DNA of 64,000 bases from Gemmatimonadota bacterium (GTDB taxonomy: Bacteria > Gemmatimonadota > Gemmatimonadetes > Gemmatimonadales > GWC2-71-9): assembly GCA_029262195.1 (NCBI GenBank), contig JAJCZX010000027.1, positions 4,677 to 68,676 on the forward strand, in the 5' to 3' direction. The translations under genes were made by a program, and so were the position numbers. Shown here one piece after another: positions 49,473 through 60,296 of the stretch (position 1 is the stretch's first letter; each line of letters begins with the position of its first letter). Below the pieces are notes generated by a model. It was given only the letters and a program-made list of their open reading frames with translations, ran no database searches and was not told the DNA's origin.

Positions 49473-50576
49473 AGCGCGCGAATCCTAGCTCTGGGCCTGA
49501 TCGCTGTCAACGCGGGAGGGTGCTATCCACCGGAAATTAGAGGTCCGGTTACAGAGTCTAGCTGGACCGTCTACCGCGGCGACGCAGCGCGTGCGGAATC
49601 CGCCGACGAACATTTCGCCGAAGATCCTACCCCGTACTGGACAGCCGGAACCGGACGCGGTGCGGCAGCATCCATCGCGGTTGGAGACTCGATCATCGTG
49701 ATTCAAGAGACGGCGCGCAGGCTAACGGTGCTCTGGCGGGATTCGGGCATCCGAGCATGGCGGGCCAACCTGAGGGGAAATGGAACGACCGGTCCCCTGA
49801 TCGTCGATAGTTTGATCCTCGCTGCTACCGGTGGCGACGATGGACGCGTCTACGCTTTCCGCCTTGAGACTGCCCGACCTGAATGGGACGAGAAACTACC
49901 GTTCGCTACCGGTCCCATGGTGGTTGATGACTCGACCGTCTACGTCGCCAGCGAGGCCGGGATAGTCGTGGCCCTGGACCTTTGGGACGGGGAAGAGATC
50001 TGGGAGCGTAGAATTGGCGCGAGAACCCTCGGCGGGTTGTTGCAGGTTGGCGAAAAACTCGTGATAGCAACCGAGGACAGCGTCCTCACTCTCGACATGG
50101 AAACTGGCGAGACAGTCGGCTCGGTAGAAATCCCGGCGCAGGTACGGGCGCCGGCAGCGGCGAGCGGAGGATTAATAGTCTTTTCGTCGCCGGAGGGCGT
50201 AATTTTCGCCCTCGACCAGGAGACGCTTGAGTTAGAATGGAGCACCGAACTGGGAGAGGCTTCGTTCGGCGGCCCGGTGATCGCCAGGGACACGGTTTTC
50301 GCGACCTCAATATCGGGGAAACTGTGGAAACTGGGCCTCGACAACCCGTCCGCCCCGCTATCGACAAACCTTGACATCGCAATGAGAGCGTCGCCGGTGC
50401 CGATTCAGAACGGAGTAATCGTCACCACACTTGCGGGAGAAGTTCTAAGGCTGGAAGATTCGTCGGAGCCAACATGGATGGTTCGGGTGGATGGCCCAAT
50501 AAGCGTCGCACCAATCTTAAACAAGGGAGTCCTGTTCGTCGTCGATGGCAGGGGGAAGGTACATACGTGGCACTAA
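49461..50576 (+). CDS. PQQ-like beta-propeller lipoprotein (BamB-like)
   Basis: GGAG RBS then TTG 49461; MFRHSARILALGLIAVNAGG-C signal; repeated Trp-docking motifs (G..AW, ..W). Confidence 0.82.
   Translation: MFRHSARILALGLIAVNAGGCYPPEIRGPVTESSWTVYRGDAARAESADEHFAEDPTPYWTAGTGRGAAASIAVGDSIIVIQETARRLTVLWRDSGIRAWRANLRGNGTTGPLIVDSLILAATGGDDGRVYAFRLETARPEWDEKLPFATGPMVVDDSTVYVASEAGIVVALDLWDGEEIWERRIGARTLGGLLQVGEKLVIATEDSVLTLDMETGETVGSVEIPAQVRAPAAASGGLIVFSSPEGVIFALDQETLELEWSTELGEASFGGPVIARDTVFATSISGKLWKLGLDNPSAPLSTNLDIAMRASPVPIQNGVIVTTLAGEVLRLEDSSEPTWMVRVDGPISVAPILNKGVLFVVDGRGKVHTWH
49482..49510 (-). promoter_or_regulatory. sigma70 promoter for asnS embedded in the opposite-strand gene
   Basis: TTGACA (49510-49505), 17 bp, TAGGAT (49487-49482). 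Confidence 0.65.
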
Positions 50577-51061
50577 AACCGATCCGCACAGTCCTCATTG
50601 TAGCATTAATATTTTCTGCCGCGCCTACGCTGGCGCGCGCCCAGGGAAACGGTGGTACTGACGGTTGGTTCGTGAAGCTTTCAGGTTGGGGAAAATGGGT
50701 GACTCTGGCTTCGGCTGCCGGCCTCACCACCTTCGGGGCTATTTCCTCTAACGAAGCGTCGGACCGTTTTGACATCCTGCAAAACGCATGTCGCACCGAT
50801 TCTTTCTTTTGCAGAGTCAACAGCGACGGCAGCTCATATCTTGACCCGGAAGCGGAAAGGCTTTTTCAAGCGACCCTCGACAAGGACTCCGAAGCACAGA
50901 GATTCCTCGTGGCTGGCCAGGTGACGTTGCTCGTTTCAGCCACGATGTTTTTGGCCGACCTGTTGAATGGAGACGAAGGACCGGAGAACATCCCCTTCAG
51001 CCCTTTGAAGATCTACTCAGCGCCCGGACGTGGGCAGGCGGGACTGCGACTGGATTTCTAG
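50567..51061 (+). CDS. Hypothetical exported/membrane protein
   Basis: GTG 50567 overlaps the upstream stop; signal peptide ending ARA-Q; two hydrophobic segments; C-terminal Phe. Confidence 0.7.
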   Translation: MALKPIRTVLIVALIFSAAPTLARAQGNGGTDGWFVKLSGWGKWVTLASAAGLTTFGAISSNEASDRFDILQNACRTDSFFCRVNSDGSSYLDPEAERLFQATLDKDSEAQRFLVAGQVTLLVSATMFLADLLNGDEGPENIPFSPLKIYSAPGRGQAGLRLDF

Positions 51062-51073
51062 CCATCAACCCTT

Positions 51074-53143
51074 CTAACCGATACCGAACAACTCCATTCC
51101 CCGTTGATAGCGCCGCTCAACACGCCTCCTGAGAGGCTTAAATCTCTTCGACGAAAGTTTCGGATCCGAAGCCAGTATTCCGTTGGCTACCTGTTTGGCC
51201 CTCGCAACGAGATCGGTGTCGGTGGCCAGGTCGGTAAACCGCAAAGCGAGACCTCCCGACTGCCGTGCTCCAACCAGCTCGCCCATCCCCCGTTCTTTCA
51301 GATCAAGTTCTGCGATTCGAAAACCATCATCAGTGTTTTTGAATTCGTCGAGCCGAGGAGTTGGTCGGCCATCCGGTTTTAGCAGGATACAGTAACTCTC
51401 TTCAGCACCCCTCCCGACCCTACCGCGCAATTGGTGGAGCTGGGCAAGACCGAACCGTTCAGGGTGTTCAATCACCATCAACGTAGCATTGGCTACGTCG
51501 ATCCCAACCTCGATCACAGTCGTAGCGACGAGCACTCCGATTTCGCCATCGCGGAACCGTCGCATTACCAGGTCCCGCTCATCAGACTTCAAAGCCCCAT
51601 GAACCAGCCCGACCTCTATCGGTTGGAGCTTCTCAGTCAACTCGGCTGCCATCGTTGTCGCGGCGCGGAGATCTGTTTTTTCAGACTCCTCGATAACCGG
51701 ATAGACGACGTAGGCCTGTCGTCCCAGGGCGCATTGATCTGATATGAAGCTGTATACTTTGTCCCTGTGTTTGTTCGTACGCACAGAAGTCGACACAGAT
51801 AGCCGGTTGGCCGGCTTCATCCTGATGGTCGAAATGTCCAGGTCTCCATAAACGGTCAGGGCAAGAGAACGGGGAATGGGCGTGGCCGTCAGCAATAACA
51901 CATCCGGGCTCGCACCCTTCTCTACGAGGGCGGCCCGCTGTTCTACTCCGAAACGATGCTGCTCGTCAATCACCACCAATCCGAGCCTGGCGAACTCAGT
52001 TGTTTTCTGGATCAAAGCATGCGTGCCGACGACAATCCTACTTTCTCCCGACGCAATTCTCGCCCTGACAGCGTCTTTTTCCGATTTTGAAAAGCGACCC
52101 AACAGAACATCCGGCACGACACCCAGAGGAGCCAGGAGCCGCGCCAGTGAATTGCCGTGCTGCTCCACTAACAGTTCAGTAGGAGCCATAAAGACCGCCT
52201 GGTATCCATTCTCCAGGGCAAGCAACATGGCAAACAGGGATACGACCGTTTTCCCCGTACCGACGTCGCCCATCAGAAGGCGGTTCATTCGTTGGGCAGA
52301 GGTCATGTTGGCCGTAATTTCGCGAATGGCCTGCCTCTGGTCGGCGGTCAAATCGAACGGCAGAGAGTCTTTCAAACGGGTTGTGAGGTCTTTTCTCACC
52401 ACGAAAGTGGGGCCCTTGGGAGCTTCTGTGGCCAACTGACGGGCTCGATTGACGACCAATTGCAGATCCAACAACTCGTCGAACGCCAATCTCCGGCGCC
52501 CTTTTTCAGCGTCGGCCGCGCTATCCGGACGGTGGAGCCTTCGTAGTGATTCCTTCAACGGCGCCAGAGGCACACTTTCAATTACGTCGGGCGGTACCGG
52601 GTCGTCTACAACCCCGAGGGCGGCTTCAAGGTTTTCCTTCACCAATTTGCGAATAAAACGGTGGGGCAACCCTTCGGTGGCCGGATAAACTGGAAGGACA
52701 ACTCCATCTCTCATTCCCTCAGCGGCAGTGTCCTCATCTGACAAAACCACCTGCTCGCGAGGATTGAGTTGACGCCCGTGAAAAAATTTTACCGGCCCCG
52801 ACACGAGCAACAGTTGGCCGGTCTTAATCGTCTTGTCGAGAAACGCCTGACCGGGCCAGGCACATTCTATCACCCCGGAGTCATCCTGAAGAACCGCCCG
52901 AAAAATCCGGAGACGCTTCCGCGTCGACATAACAGCCTTAGAAACCACTCTGCCGATCACCGTTGCTTCCTGCCCCACTGACAACCGACCGATAGGCACC
53001 ACCGTGGTCGCATCCATATACCGCATCGGGACGTGGTACAAGAGATCTTCGACGGTTTTTACTCCGATACGCTCAAACGCTTCAGCCCGCCGCGGACCAA
53101 CTCCCTTTAGAAACTGAACCGACGTTTCTAACGTGATCGCCAC
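51074..53143 (-). CDS. recG: ATP-dependent DNA helicase RecG
   Basis: LKGVGPRRA, GDVGTGKT, DEQHRFG, TATPIPR, QLHQLRGRVGRG. Confidence 0.97.
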   Translation of the reverse strand: MAITLETSVQFLKGVGPRRAEAFERIGVKTVEDLLYHVPMRYMDATTVVPIGRLSVGQEATVIGRVVSKAVMSTRKRLRIFRAVLQDDSGVIECAWPGQAFLDKTIKTGQLLLVSGPVKFFHGRQLNPREQVVLSDEDTAAEGMRDGVVLPVYPATEGLPHRFIRKLVKENLEAALGVVDDPVPPDVIESVPLAPLKESLRRLHRPDSAADAEKGRRRLAFDELLDLQLVVNRARQLATEAPKGPTFVVRKDLTTRLKDSLPFDLTADQRQAIREITANMTSAQRMNRLLMGDVGTGKTVVSLFAMLLALENGYQAVFMAPTELLVEQHGNSLARLLAPLGVVPDVLLGRFSKSEKDAVRARIASGESRIVVGTHALIQKTTEFARLGLVVIDEQHRFGVEQRAALVEKGASPDVLLLTATPIPRSLALTVYGDLDISTIRMKPANRLSVSTSVRTNKHRDKVYSFISDQCALGRQAYVVYPVIEESEKTDLRAATTMAAELTEKLQPIEVGLVHGALKSDERDLVMRRFRDGEIGVLVATTVIEVGIDVANATLMVIEHPERFGLAQLHQLRGRVGRGAEESYCILLKPDGRPTPRLDEFKNTDDGFRIAELDLKERGMGELVGARQSGGLALRFTDLATDTDLVARAKQVANGILASDPKLSSKRFKPLRRRVERRYQRGMELFGIG

Positions 53144-54039
53144 TATTCGCTCAGAAGTGACTCTGCAAAAGCCACCGGGTCAAACAGTTGGAGATCATCG
53201 AGAGATTCCCCTGTCCCCACGAAGCGGACCGGCACGCCCAGCTCTCGGGTGATTCGGGCGACCGCACCACCTTTGGCGGTACCGTCAAGCTTCGTGACGA
53301 TTACACCGGTTAACGACGCGGATGCGCCGAACTCGGCACCCTGTAGAATCGCGTTTTGTCCAACCGTGCCATCGACGACCAGAATAGTTTCGTGCGGGGC
53401 ACCGTCGGAGCATTTGCCAACCACACGCGCGATTTTGGAGAGTTCGTCCATCAACCTGTCCTGGGTGTGTAACCGCCCCGCCGTGTCTACCAGCACGTTG
53501 TCTATCCGCCGTGATTTAGCGGCCGAAACCGCGTCAAACGCGACGGCGGCTGGATCACCTCCCTGTTTCCCGGTGACCGCCTGGATACCCATTCGATCCG
53601 CCCAGACACTGAGCTGCTCTGTAGCTCCAGCGCGATAAGTATCTGCAGCCGCCACAAGCACCGACCCACCCGACGACTTGATACGGTTGGCAATCTTGGC
53701 CACCTGAGTCGTTTTACCCACGCCGTTGACCCCCACAAAGAGAGCCACGCGCGGAGTGCCCTGGGACCTCACAAACAGTTCCTCGCCAGCACGGTCATGC
53801 TTAACAAGAGACGATATTCTCTCAACCAACCACTCCCTCACAAGGAAGTCCGTTTTCAAACCTCCGCCCCGAGTTTTCTCCTCAAGCTCTTCGGCGATCA
53901 GAAACGATTCCGGCCCGAAGTCAGCTTCAAGCAAAACCCGCTCGACATCTTCGATCGAGTCATGATCAATCCCTTTGACCAGCACTGATACGTCTGTAAA
54001 GGCGACCTGCTTGATCTTGCCCCAGAGACCCCTCTTCAC
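53143..54039 (-). CDS. ftsY: SRP receptor FtsY (NG domain only)
   Basis: GVNGVGKTT, DTYRAGA, DTAGR, TKLDGTAKGG; GTG 54039 makes a GTGA overlap. Confidence 0.94.
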   Translation of the reverse strand: MKRGLWGKIKQVAFTDVSVLVKGIDHDSIEDVERVLLEADFGPESFLIAEELEEKTRGGGLKTDFLVREWLVERISSLVKHDRAGEELFVRSQGTPRVALFVGVNGVGKTTQVAKIANRIKSSGGSVLVAAADTYRAGATEQLSVWADRMGIQAVTGKQGGDPAAVAFDAVSAAKSRRIDNVLVDTAGRLHTQDRLMDELSKIARVVGKCSDGAPHETILVVDGTVGQNAILQGAEFGASASLTGVIVTKLDGTAKGGAVARITRELGVPVRFVGTGESLDDLQLFDPVAFAESLLSE

Positions 54040-55859
54040 GGCAAGCCACGTTTGTGGCGAACCGCCCACTCGCCCGCAAACGCCATCACCAGGACCAGAA
54101 ATAACCACCAACGATCGCGCAAACTGGTTTCGAGAAGGAAGCCACCAGCACCCGCCCCATTGGGCTCCAGGGTTACCATGCCGGGCGGGATTTCATCGCT
54201 ATACGATTCAACGACCAATACACCACCCGCCCCTCGCACCGACCCGGCCGACCAGGTGAAAGTTCCAGGCGGTAGCAAAAAATTGCCGACGCCGCTCGCG
54301 TCGATTGAAACGGTCACATCCCAGGTGGAATCCGGCGTGGATAGTGTCAGCGGAACCGAGGGCGGTACCGAATCAGTATGCCAACGGACCACCACCGGTT
54401 CTCCCCTCTTTACCACATCCGATAGAGTCAACGGAGAGCGGCTCCTCAGGACATCAGCGCCCAACAACCAATCAATTCCAGCAGACAACACGGCACGATA
54501 AGCTTCAAGAGATTCTTCGCCACGGAAGGCCCAGCGCCAGAGACCTACGCCAACGGTGGTGAGCCCATGCACGCCCGCCGAATCGCGGCCCATAACAACC
54601 GGACGCTCTGCACCACGACGTCCCTGGCGCGAAGTCAAACCAACCCACTCATCGGACGTGGGGATCAACGGCACCACTCCTGTTAACGGCGGCATCGAAT
54701 CCCAAGCAATTCCCGCCAATCGCCCGGCTATGGGAGAGGAAAGATCGGGCAGCCCCGGGTACCAGTCGCCTTCGAACAATTCCATGGTTGTGTCAGAGGC
54801 AGCTGGCCATTCCCATGTAGGCTTCAATCCATGATTGATACCGTGCGCACCTCGCCCAACAACCACAGAAGCACTCCGAGCCACTCGTTCAACCAGCCTT
54901 GTTGGGACCCTGCTTGAGGTGCGCATATCGACCCACACTCCGTCCTGCACCTGGGCGAAGCCTCTAACCCCTGTGCGGGCCATCCTCGACACTTCTCTAA
55001 AAAGGAAACGGCCTTCCCAGTCGGCTGGTGAAACCAATACAACCAAACCCGGTTCTTCGGTAACCATTAGCACTCGACTTCGAGTGTCATCTCCGGGCTC
55101 ACTATCTCCCGCGGCTACGATCTGAAAATCCAGCACATTGGTTCCCACCTCAAAGACATCGGGAGGAAGCGTCAGAGCCCGTCGTACTATACCGGGGCTG
55201 GCAGGGATCTCTATCTCCGTTGACGAAATTTCGTCTCCTCCACGGCTCACCCTGATTCCTGCGCGAGCCGACGCAAGTTCACCCCAGACGCCAACGGTGA
55301 GTTGGACTTCGACACTGTCCGCCGACCCAACGTACCGAGGCAGAGAAACATCAAGCAGAGCGGCATCCGGAACGGTATCCCGCACAAGGCGGACTACGCC
55401 AGCCCGCCCCAAAAGGTTGGCGGGAATTGCAGGAACATCGCCCACTTCGCCATCGGTCACGATAATTGTCGGACCGCCCCCGCCGACACCTGCAAGGAGC
55501 GCATCACGCAACCTGGTAGCCCCCTGCTCGGGAGATGAATCGTCGAAAAGCGAAACGGACGACCCGAACCTCAGGATAGTGCCTGCATCACCCGCCAAAC
55601 CGAGGGCTGTGTCGATTGCTGCCTCCCACCGGCCGGGGGCTAAACCCATACTGAGGGATGCATCCAGTAAAACCGTCGGAGGACCACCGGCCATCCGCTG
55701 AAGGAACTGGGGATTAAACAAAAGGAGAATGAGAGCACCTAGCCCGACGGTGCGAAAGGCAGCGAGAACAACTGCCCAACCGCCGATTCGCTCCCGAACC
55801 AGGTAAACAACAAAGGAAACAAAAGCTGCGCCCAGGAGCGCGAGGATGATTTCTGTCAT
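54036..55859 (-). CDS. Membrane protein with VWA-like and Ig-like domains
   Basis: N-terminal TMs; MIDAS-like LDASLSM...VTDGE; C-terminal TM ...EWAVRHKRGLP. Confidence 0.7.
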   Translation of the reverse strand: MTEIILALLGAAFVSFVVYLVRERIGGWAVVLAAFRTVGLGALILLLFNPQFLQRMAGGPPTVLLDASLSMGLAPGRWEAAIDTALGLAGDAGTILRFGSSVSLFDDSSPEQGATRLRDALLAGVGGGGPTIIVTDGEVGDVPAIPANLLGRAGVVRLVRDTVPDAALLDVSLPRYVGSADSVEVQLTVGVWGELASARAGIRVSRGGDEISSTEIEIPASPGIVRRALTLPPDVFEVGTNVLDFQIVAAGDSEPGDDTRSRVLMVTEEPGLVVLVSPADWEGRFLFREVSRMARTGVRGFAQVQDGVWVDMRTSSRVPTRLVERVARSASVVVGRGAHGINHGLKPTWEWPAASDTTMELFEGDWYPGLPDLSSPIAGRLAGIAWDSMPPLTGVVPLIPTSDEWVGLTSRQGRRGAERPVVMGRDSAGVHGLTTVGVGLWRWAFRGEESLEAYRAVLSAGIDWLLGADVLRSRSPLTLSDVVKRGEPVVVRWHTDSVPPSVPLTLSTPDSTWDVTVSIDASGVGNFLLPPGTFTWSAGSVRGAGGVLVVESYSDEIPPGMVTLEPNGAGAGGFLLETSLRDRWWLFLVLVMAFAGEWAVRHKRGLP

Positions 55860-55940
55860 GTGGTGATTAAAAGATACCAGAAGAGGTCAGCCCATCGTAC
55901 CTTAAGATTCGGGTATCGTTCCCCGTCCGGGCGCTATCGA

Positions 55941-57194
55941 CTACAATGTGGAATCAACCACCGAAATGCCTCGGCGCAAACGCCGGTCAAGTTCAAGCTT
56001 GACCTGCTCGAATTCTTCCCGCCTGACCTCGGGAACCGGCCGCCCATCACCCAGGTCTGCCCGACTCGGATTGATATGCCGTCCGTTCTTGATGAATTCG
56101 TAATGGAGATGCGGCGCCGTGGCGAGGCCCGTCATTCCTACCCTACCGATAACTTGCTCCTGTTCGACTCTAACCCCGGCCCTGATCCCCGGCGCAAACC
56201 GGCTCATATGAGCGTATCGCGTTTCAATGCCGGATGCGTGTCGAATTTTCACAACGTTGCCGTAGCCGCGATCTCGTTCGGCCGCGATTACGGTGCCGGC
56301 CGCTGTGGCTCGAATCGGGGAGCCCGAATTGGCCGCGTAGTCAACTCCCCTGTGAGCCCGCCGAACGCGGAGAATCGGGTGTACTCTGGAGAGTGAGAAC
56401 CGTGACGAAACACGGGCCGTCAGCGGAGCGCGGAGAAACGCTCGTCTCATAGAGCGACCCTGGTCATCATAGTATTCGTCCCGGCCACCATTACCGGGGA
56501 GAAGATACGCAGGGTGCTCCCGAGATCCTGTTTCTATCGTGGCTGCCAGGAGCCGACCGAGTCTCACATCGCCATCCGATGACTCAAGCCGTTCGAACAA
56601 CAGATTGAACCTGTCGCCTTCACGAATATCATACACAAAATCAACTTCCCAACCGAAGACATCTTCAGACACCCGGGCAAAGAGTCGTCCGCGTTCGCTG
56701 GTTGTAAGGAGCGAGTCAGGCACCGCCTGCGGGAGGGCGTTCCAGAAACTGGAGGCGATCATGCCTTCGACCCGGATTTCGGTGACAGTCCATTGAATAT
56801 CTTCCCGAAGCCCAGCCCAGTCGCCCGCTGAATCTCTGCGAACAATAAGATACTGGTCTTCTCCACGAAGTCGGTGCGACATTTCTATTGGCACGGTATC
56901 GGCTCGGAAGTACTTGAATTCGAATACTTCCCCTTGCCTGATGCGGGTTGGCCTCAACCCTTCAGCCGCGTTGAGCACCGCTACGAGTTGGGGCCCGAAA
57001 ATATTGTGGCGTCCGAAGACATGGGACAACGTTTCGCCAGAATTCAGCCGGTCCTCGACATGGATATAGGGAGACGAAACTAGAATCGGTTGGGCAACGG
57101 GCAGCGCCTTTTCACCCGAAGCCGCGCTCGCCAACCAACCGATCAAAACCACCCCGATAACAGCGGGGAGGCCTTTCCTGATCCATGGACCCAC
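55941..57194 (-). CDS. M23-family peptidoglycan endopeptidase
   Basis: HRGVDYAA, GYGNVVKIRH, RYAHMS, HLHYE. Confidence 0.93.
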   Translation of the reverse strand: MGPWIRKGLPAVIGVVLIGWLASAASGEKALPVAQPILVSSPYIHVEDRLNSGETLSHVFGRHNIFGPQLVAVLNAAEGLRPTRIRQGEVFEFKYFRADTVPIEMSHRLRGEDQYLIVRRDSAGDWAGLREDIQWTVTEIRVEGMIASSFWNALPQAVPDSLLTTSERGRLFARVSEDVFGWEVDFVYDIREGDRFNLLFERLESSDGDVRLGRLLAATIETGSREHPAYLLPGNGGRDEYYDDQGRSMRRAFLRAPLTARVSSRFSLSRVHPILRVRRAHRGVDYAANSGSPIRATAAGTVIAAERDRGYGNVVKIRHASGIETRYAHMSRFAPGIRAGVRVEQEQVIGRVGMTGLATAPHLHYEFIKNGRHINPSRADLGDGRPVPEVRREEFEQVKLELDRRLRRGISVVDSTL

Positions 57195-58354
57195 TAGTCC
57201 ATCTGGCGCCTGATGAAGGTGGGAATTTCCATCTCTGGAACGTTCTCCTGCTCCTCCGGTTTACGAGGTTGCGGCTGAGCGGGCTCAGCCGGTTGGGTCG
57301 AGACGGCCGGGAACCCACCAGATGGCTGAGTGCGCTGCGGAAACGGCAACACTCCGGCATTTCTACCTCCGAACACACCTTCGGGTTTCGCCGCCGGATT
57401 ATCAAACCCGGTGGCGATCACGGTAACTCTAATTTCGCCGTGCATTGCCTGGTCCTGTACAGCGCCGAAGATAATTTCTGCCTGGCTACCGGCGGCTTCG
57501 TGGATGATTTCACTCACGGCGGTAACTTCACCGAGCGTGAGGTCATCGCCTCCGGTGATATTTACGAGAACTCCCGTGGAGCCTTCAATGGAGACATCGT
57601 CGAGAAGCGGACTGGCAATGGCCTGCTGAGCAGCCAATACAGCCCTGTCTTCTTCCCTCCCGATTCCTGTACCCATCAGCGCGGAGCCTCCGTTTTGCAT
57701 CACGGTCCGTACGTCGGCAAAGTCGACGTTTACCATTCCGGTCACGCTTACGAGCGTGGAGATACCGTGGGTAGCATTCAGCAGAACCTCGTCAGCTTTC
57801 TTGAGGGCGTCCTGGAAGGCGACATCTTTTCCAACCACTGCCAAGAGACGCTCGTTTGGCACCACAATCATGGTGTCAACATGTTTCCGCATTTCGGCAA
57901 TACCGATTTCGGCCTGCTTCATGCGTTTGCGGCCCTCGAACATAAAGGGCTTGGTGATAATCCCGACGGTGAGGGCTCCGACATCTCGGGCAAGCTGAGA
58001 AATGATCGGTGCAGCACCGGTGCCGGTACCACCACCCATCCCACAGGTAACGAAAACGAGATCGGCCCCATCAAGAATTCCGCTGATCGCATCTCGATCT
58101 TCTTCGATCGCCTGGCGGCCGATTTCAGGCCTCGCTCCGGCACCCAATCCCCTGGTCAGCTTCTTGCCAATCTGGATTTTGACGTCTGCCTTGTTGGTCA
58201 GCAGCGCCTGGGCATCGGTGTTCGTAGAAATGAACTCAACGCCCATCAAGTGCTCATCGATCATTCGATTCACGGCATTGCCACCGCCGCCACCGACTCC
58301 GATGACCTTCATTCTTGCGCTCTGCGAGACTGCCTCTTCTAGTTCGAAAACCAT
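57194..58354 (-). CDS. ftsZ: Cell division protein FtsZ
   Basis: [39 protein letters not shown]. Confidence 0.98.
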   Translation of the reverse strand: MVFELEEAVSQSARMKVIGVGGGGGNAVNRMIDEHLMGVEFISTNTDAQALLTNKADVKIQIGKKLTRGLGAGARPEIGRQAIEEDRDAISGILDGADLVFVTCGMGGGTGTGAAPIISQLARDVGALTVGIITKPFMFEGRKRMKQAEIGIAEMRKHVDTMIVVPNERLLAVVGKDVAFQDALKKADEVLLNATHGISTLVSVTGMVNVDFADVRTVMQNGGSALMGTGIGREEDRAVLAAQQAIASPLLDDVSIEGSTGVLVNITGGDDLTLGEVTAVSEIIHEAAGSQAEIIFGAVQDQAMHGEIRVTVIATGFDNPAAKPEGVFGGRNAGVLPFPQRTQPSGGFPAVSTQPAEPAQPQPRKPEEQENVPEMEIPTFIRRQMD

Positions 58355-58380
58355 GGATCCCTCATCGGGCGGGTATCAAC

Positions 58381-59610
58381 CTAAAAAAAATCTTGTAACC
58401 ATCGTTTAACCAGACCAAATGTGCGGCCCAGACCGTTACTGCCACTGAGTGCGTCCGCCTGTGCCCGTGCGGCGTGTAGCGCCAGGCCTACCGACACGGC
58501 ATATTGCGGGGCATTCACACTCTCGACCAGGCCGTTTATGCGTTGAGACGGCGTCCCAACGCGCACCGGCATGGCAAAAACTTCCCTGGCAAGCTCTACA
58601 ATTCCAGGTGTATGAGCAACCCCTCCGGTCAATATAACTCCGGCGGGAAGGCGCCCGGAAAATTCGCTTTCAGAAATTTTTTGTGTGACCACCTGAAAAA
58701 TCTCGTCCAGACGTTCCTGAATCACGTGCACCAACAGCTCGCGCTTCGCTTCCCTGGCTCCCTGACCGGGAGTCCCTGGCAACACTACCATCTGATCGGA
58801 ACTTACCAGCGGAAGGTACGCGTAGCCCCATTCCTTTTTCAGAGTTTCGGCATCGGCCTGGGTTACTCCAAACGCTTGCACGATGTCACTCGTAACGTGA
58901 AGTCCAGCGTAAGGAATCGTGGACAGGTGGCGGACTTTTCCATCTTTGAAAACTGCGATGTCAGTGGAACCGCCGCCGACCTCTACAAGGACGCAGCCGA
59001 GTTCTTTTTCTTCGTCAGTCAAAACCGCGCTCTCCGCCGCCAGAGACTCAAGTACCATGTTCCCAACGCGGAAGCCCGCTCGTTCCACAGCCCGCCGAAG
59101 ATTTTGAGCGGCGGTGCTCTGAACAGTGATGAGGTACATGTCCACCTCCAAACGGAGACCGGTCATTCCCACCGGATCGTTGATCCCGTCCTGGGCATCG
59201 ACCTTGTAGCCCTGCGGAATGTGGTGGAGCAATTCCCTGTCGTTTCCCTGGCTAATCGCCAGGGCCGGTTCGTGGGCACGACTTACATCGGCTCTTGTTA
59301 TTTCGGAGACCCGCACTGCGGCTACTCCCTCTGAGCTACTGGCCCGCACATGATCACCGGCGATGCCACAATAGACGCTCCCGATTTTCACGCCTGCCAT
59401 CAACTCGGCATCACGCATCGCCTCCACGATCGAATTGGTTGTCTCCTCGATATCGCGCACTACGCCGCGACGCACGCCCGAGGAACGTGAAATCCCCACG
59501 CCGAGGATCTTCGCCCGCGGAGTTTTCCGATCGCCCGAAGCTTCGGCGATTACCGCACATGTTTTCGTGCTCCCGAGATCAAGTCCTGCCACGATAGCGC
59601 CCTGTCTCAA
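58381..59610 (-). CDS. ftsA: Cell division protein FtsA
   Basis: [24 protein letters not shown]-terminal VKRWLQDFF amphipathic helix. Confidence 0.96.
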   Translation of the reverse strand: MRQGAIVAGLDLGSTKTCAVIAEASGDRKTPRAKILGVGISRSSGVRRGVVRDIEETTNSIVEAMRDAELMAGVKIGSVYCGIAGDHVRASSSEGVAAVRVSEITRADVSRAHEPALAISQGNDRELLHHIPQGYKVDAQDGINDPVGMTGLRLEVDMYLITVQSTAAQNLRRAVERAGFRVGNMVLESLAAESAVLTDEEKELGCVLVEVGGGSTDIAVFKDGKVRHLSTIPYAGLHVTSDIVQAFGVTQADAETLKKEWGYAYLPLVSSDQMVVLPGTPGQGAREAKRELLVHVIQERLDEIFQVVTQKISESEFSGRLPAGVILTGGVAHTPGIVELAREVFAMPVRVGTPSQRINGLVESVNAPQYAVSVGLALHAARAQADALSGSNGLGRTFGLVKRWLQDFF

Positions 59611-60296
59611 ACCTGGGGTCTCCTGGCCACGACCGACCCTTCAAATCGAGCATCTAACAGATCATATACCGCGCCTGTCTCCGCGAGATGCCTGCGTACC
59701 GCCGTGACCTTCAATATGTCTCCAATCGACGGAGTGGAGCCAAGAACCACCGACTGTCCGTGGAACTCAAGAAGGATGTTACCGTCTTCATTTCGTCTCG
59801 CACCAATAACCTCTGTGTACATGCTCGCATCCAGGCCTCGCACCAATGAAATCGCGTCGGTCAACGCTTTGTCAGTGGTGGCCACAACTGGCAAATCGAG
59901 CGACACCCGCGCAGGATCGTAAGGTAACGGCCTCGCCTCCGAATCGAGAGCTATCATTCCATCCTGGGCGGGAACGAGGGCCACCGGGGTCCTCTCAACA
60001 ATTGCAATCCGTAGAGTCGCAGGCAAATGTCTTTCTATTTCCACCGCCTCAACACCAGCCACACCGAATACTTTCGCCTTGAGAGCTCCAAGAGGCCTGT
60101 AGATGCTGTGGCCCGCATCGAGATGGAGATTCGCAACAATCGTCTCTGCGTCAAGATAGCGTGCCCCGATCACCTCAACCCGACGAACGTCGAAGAAACT
60201 AACTGTTCTGAGCCAAAGCGGTGACGACAGAAGCAGAAGAACGACGACCACCACCAGAGCCAACCGGCCCCGTCTTTTCAAGACTGGATCAACCAC
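59607..60296 (-). CDS. ftsQ: Cell division protein FtsQ/DivIB
   Basis: TM, POTRA (VRRVEVIGARYL), ERHLPATLRIAIVER, DARFEG; lies between murC and ftsA. Confidence 0.88.
   Translation of the reverse strand: MVDPVLKRRGRLALVVVVVLLLLSSPLWLRTVSFFDVRRVEVIGARYLDAETIVANLHLDAGHSIYRPLGALKAKVFGVAGVEAVEIERHLPATLRIAIVERTPVALVPAQDGMIALDSEARPLPYDPARVSLDLPVVATTDKALTDAISLVRGLDASMYTEVIGARRNEDGNILLEFHGQSVVLGSTPSIGDILKVTAVRRHLAETGAVYDLLDARFEGSVVARRPQV

Noticed and set aside
57185-58342. 385-aa + strand ORF antisense to almost all of ftsZ
   Set aside because: It is in codon register with ftsZ, so it only reflects avoidance of TTA/CTA/TCA codons; no recognisable motifs or RBS.
60289-60296. Absence of murB and ddl between murC and ftsQ
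   Set aside because: dcw cluster content varies widely between phyla; not unusual without whole-genome context.
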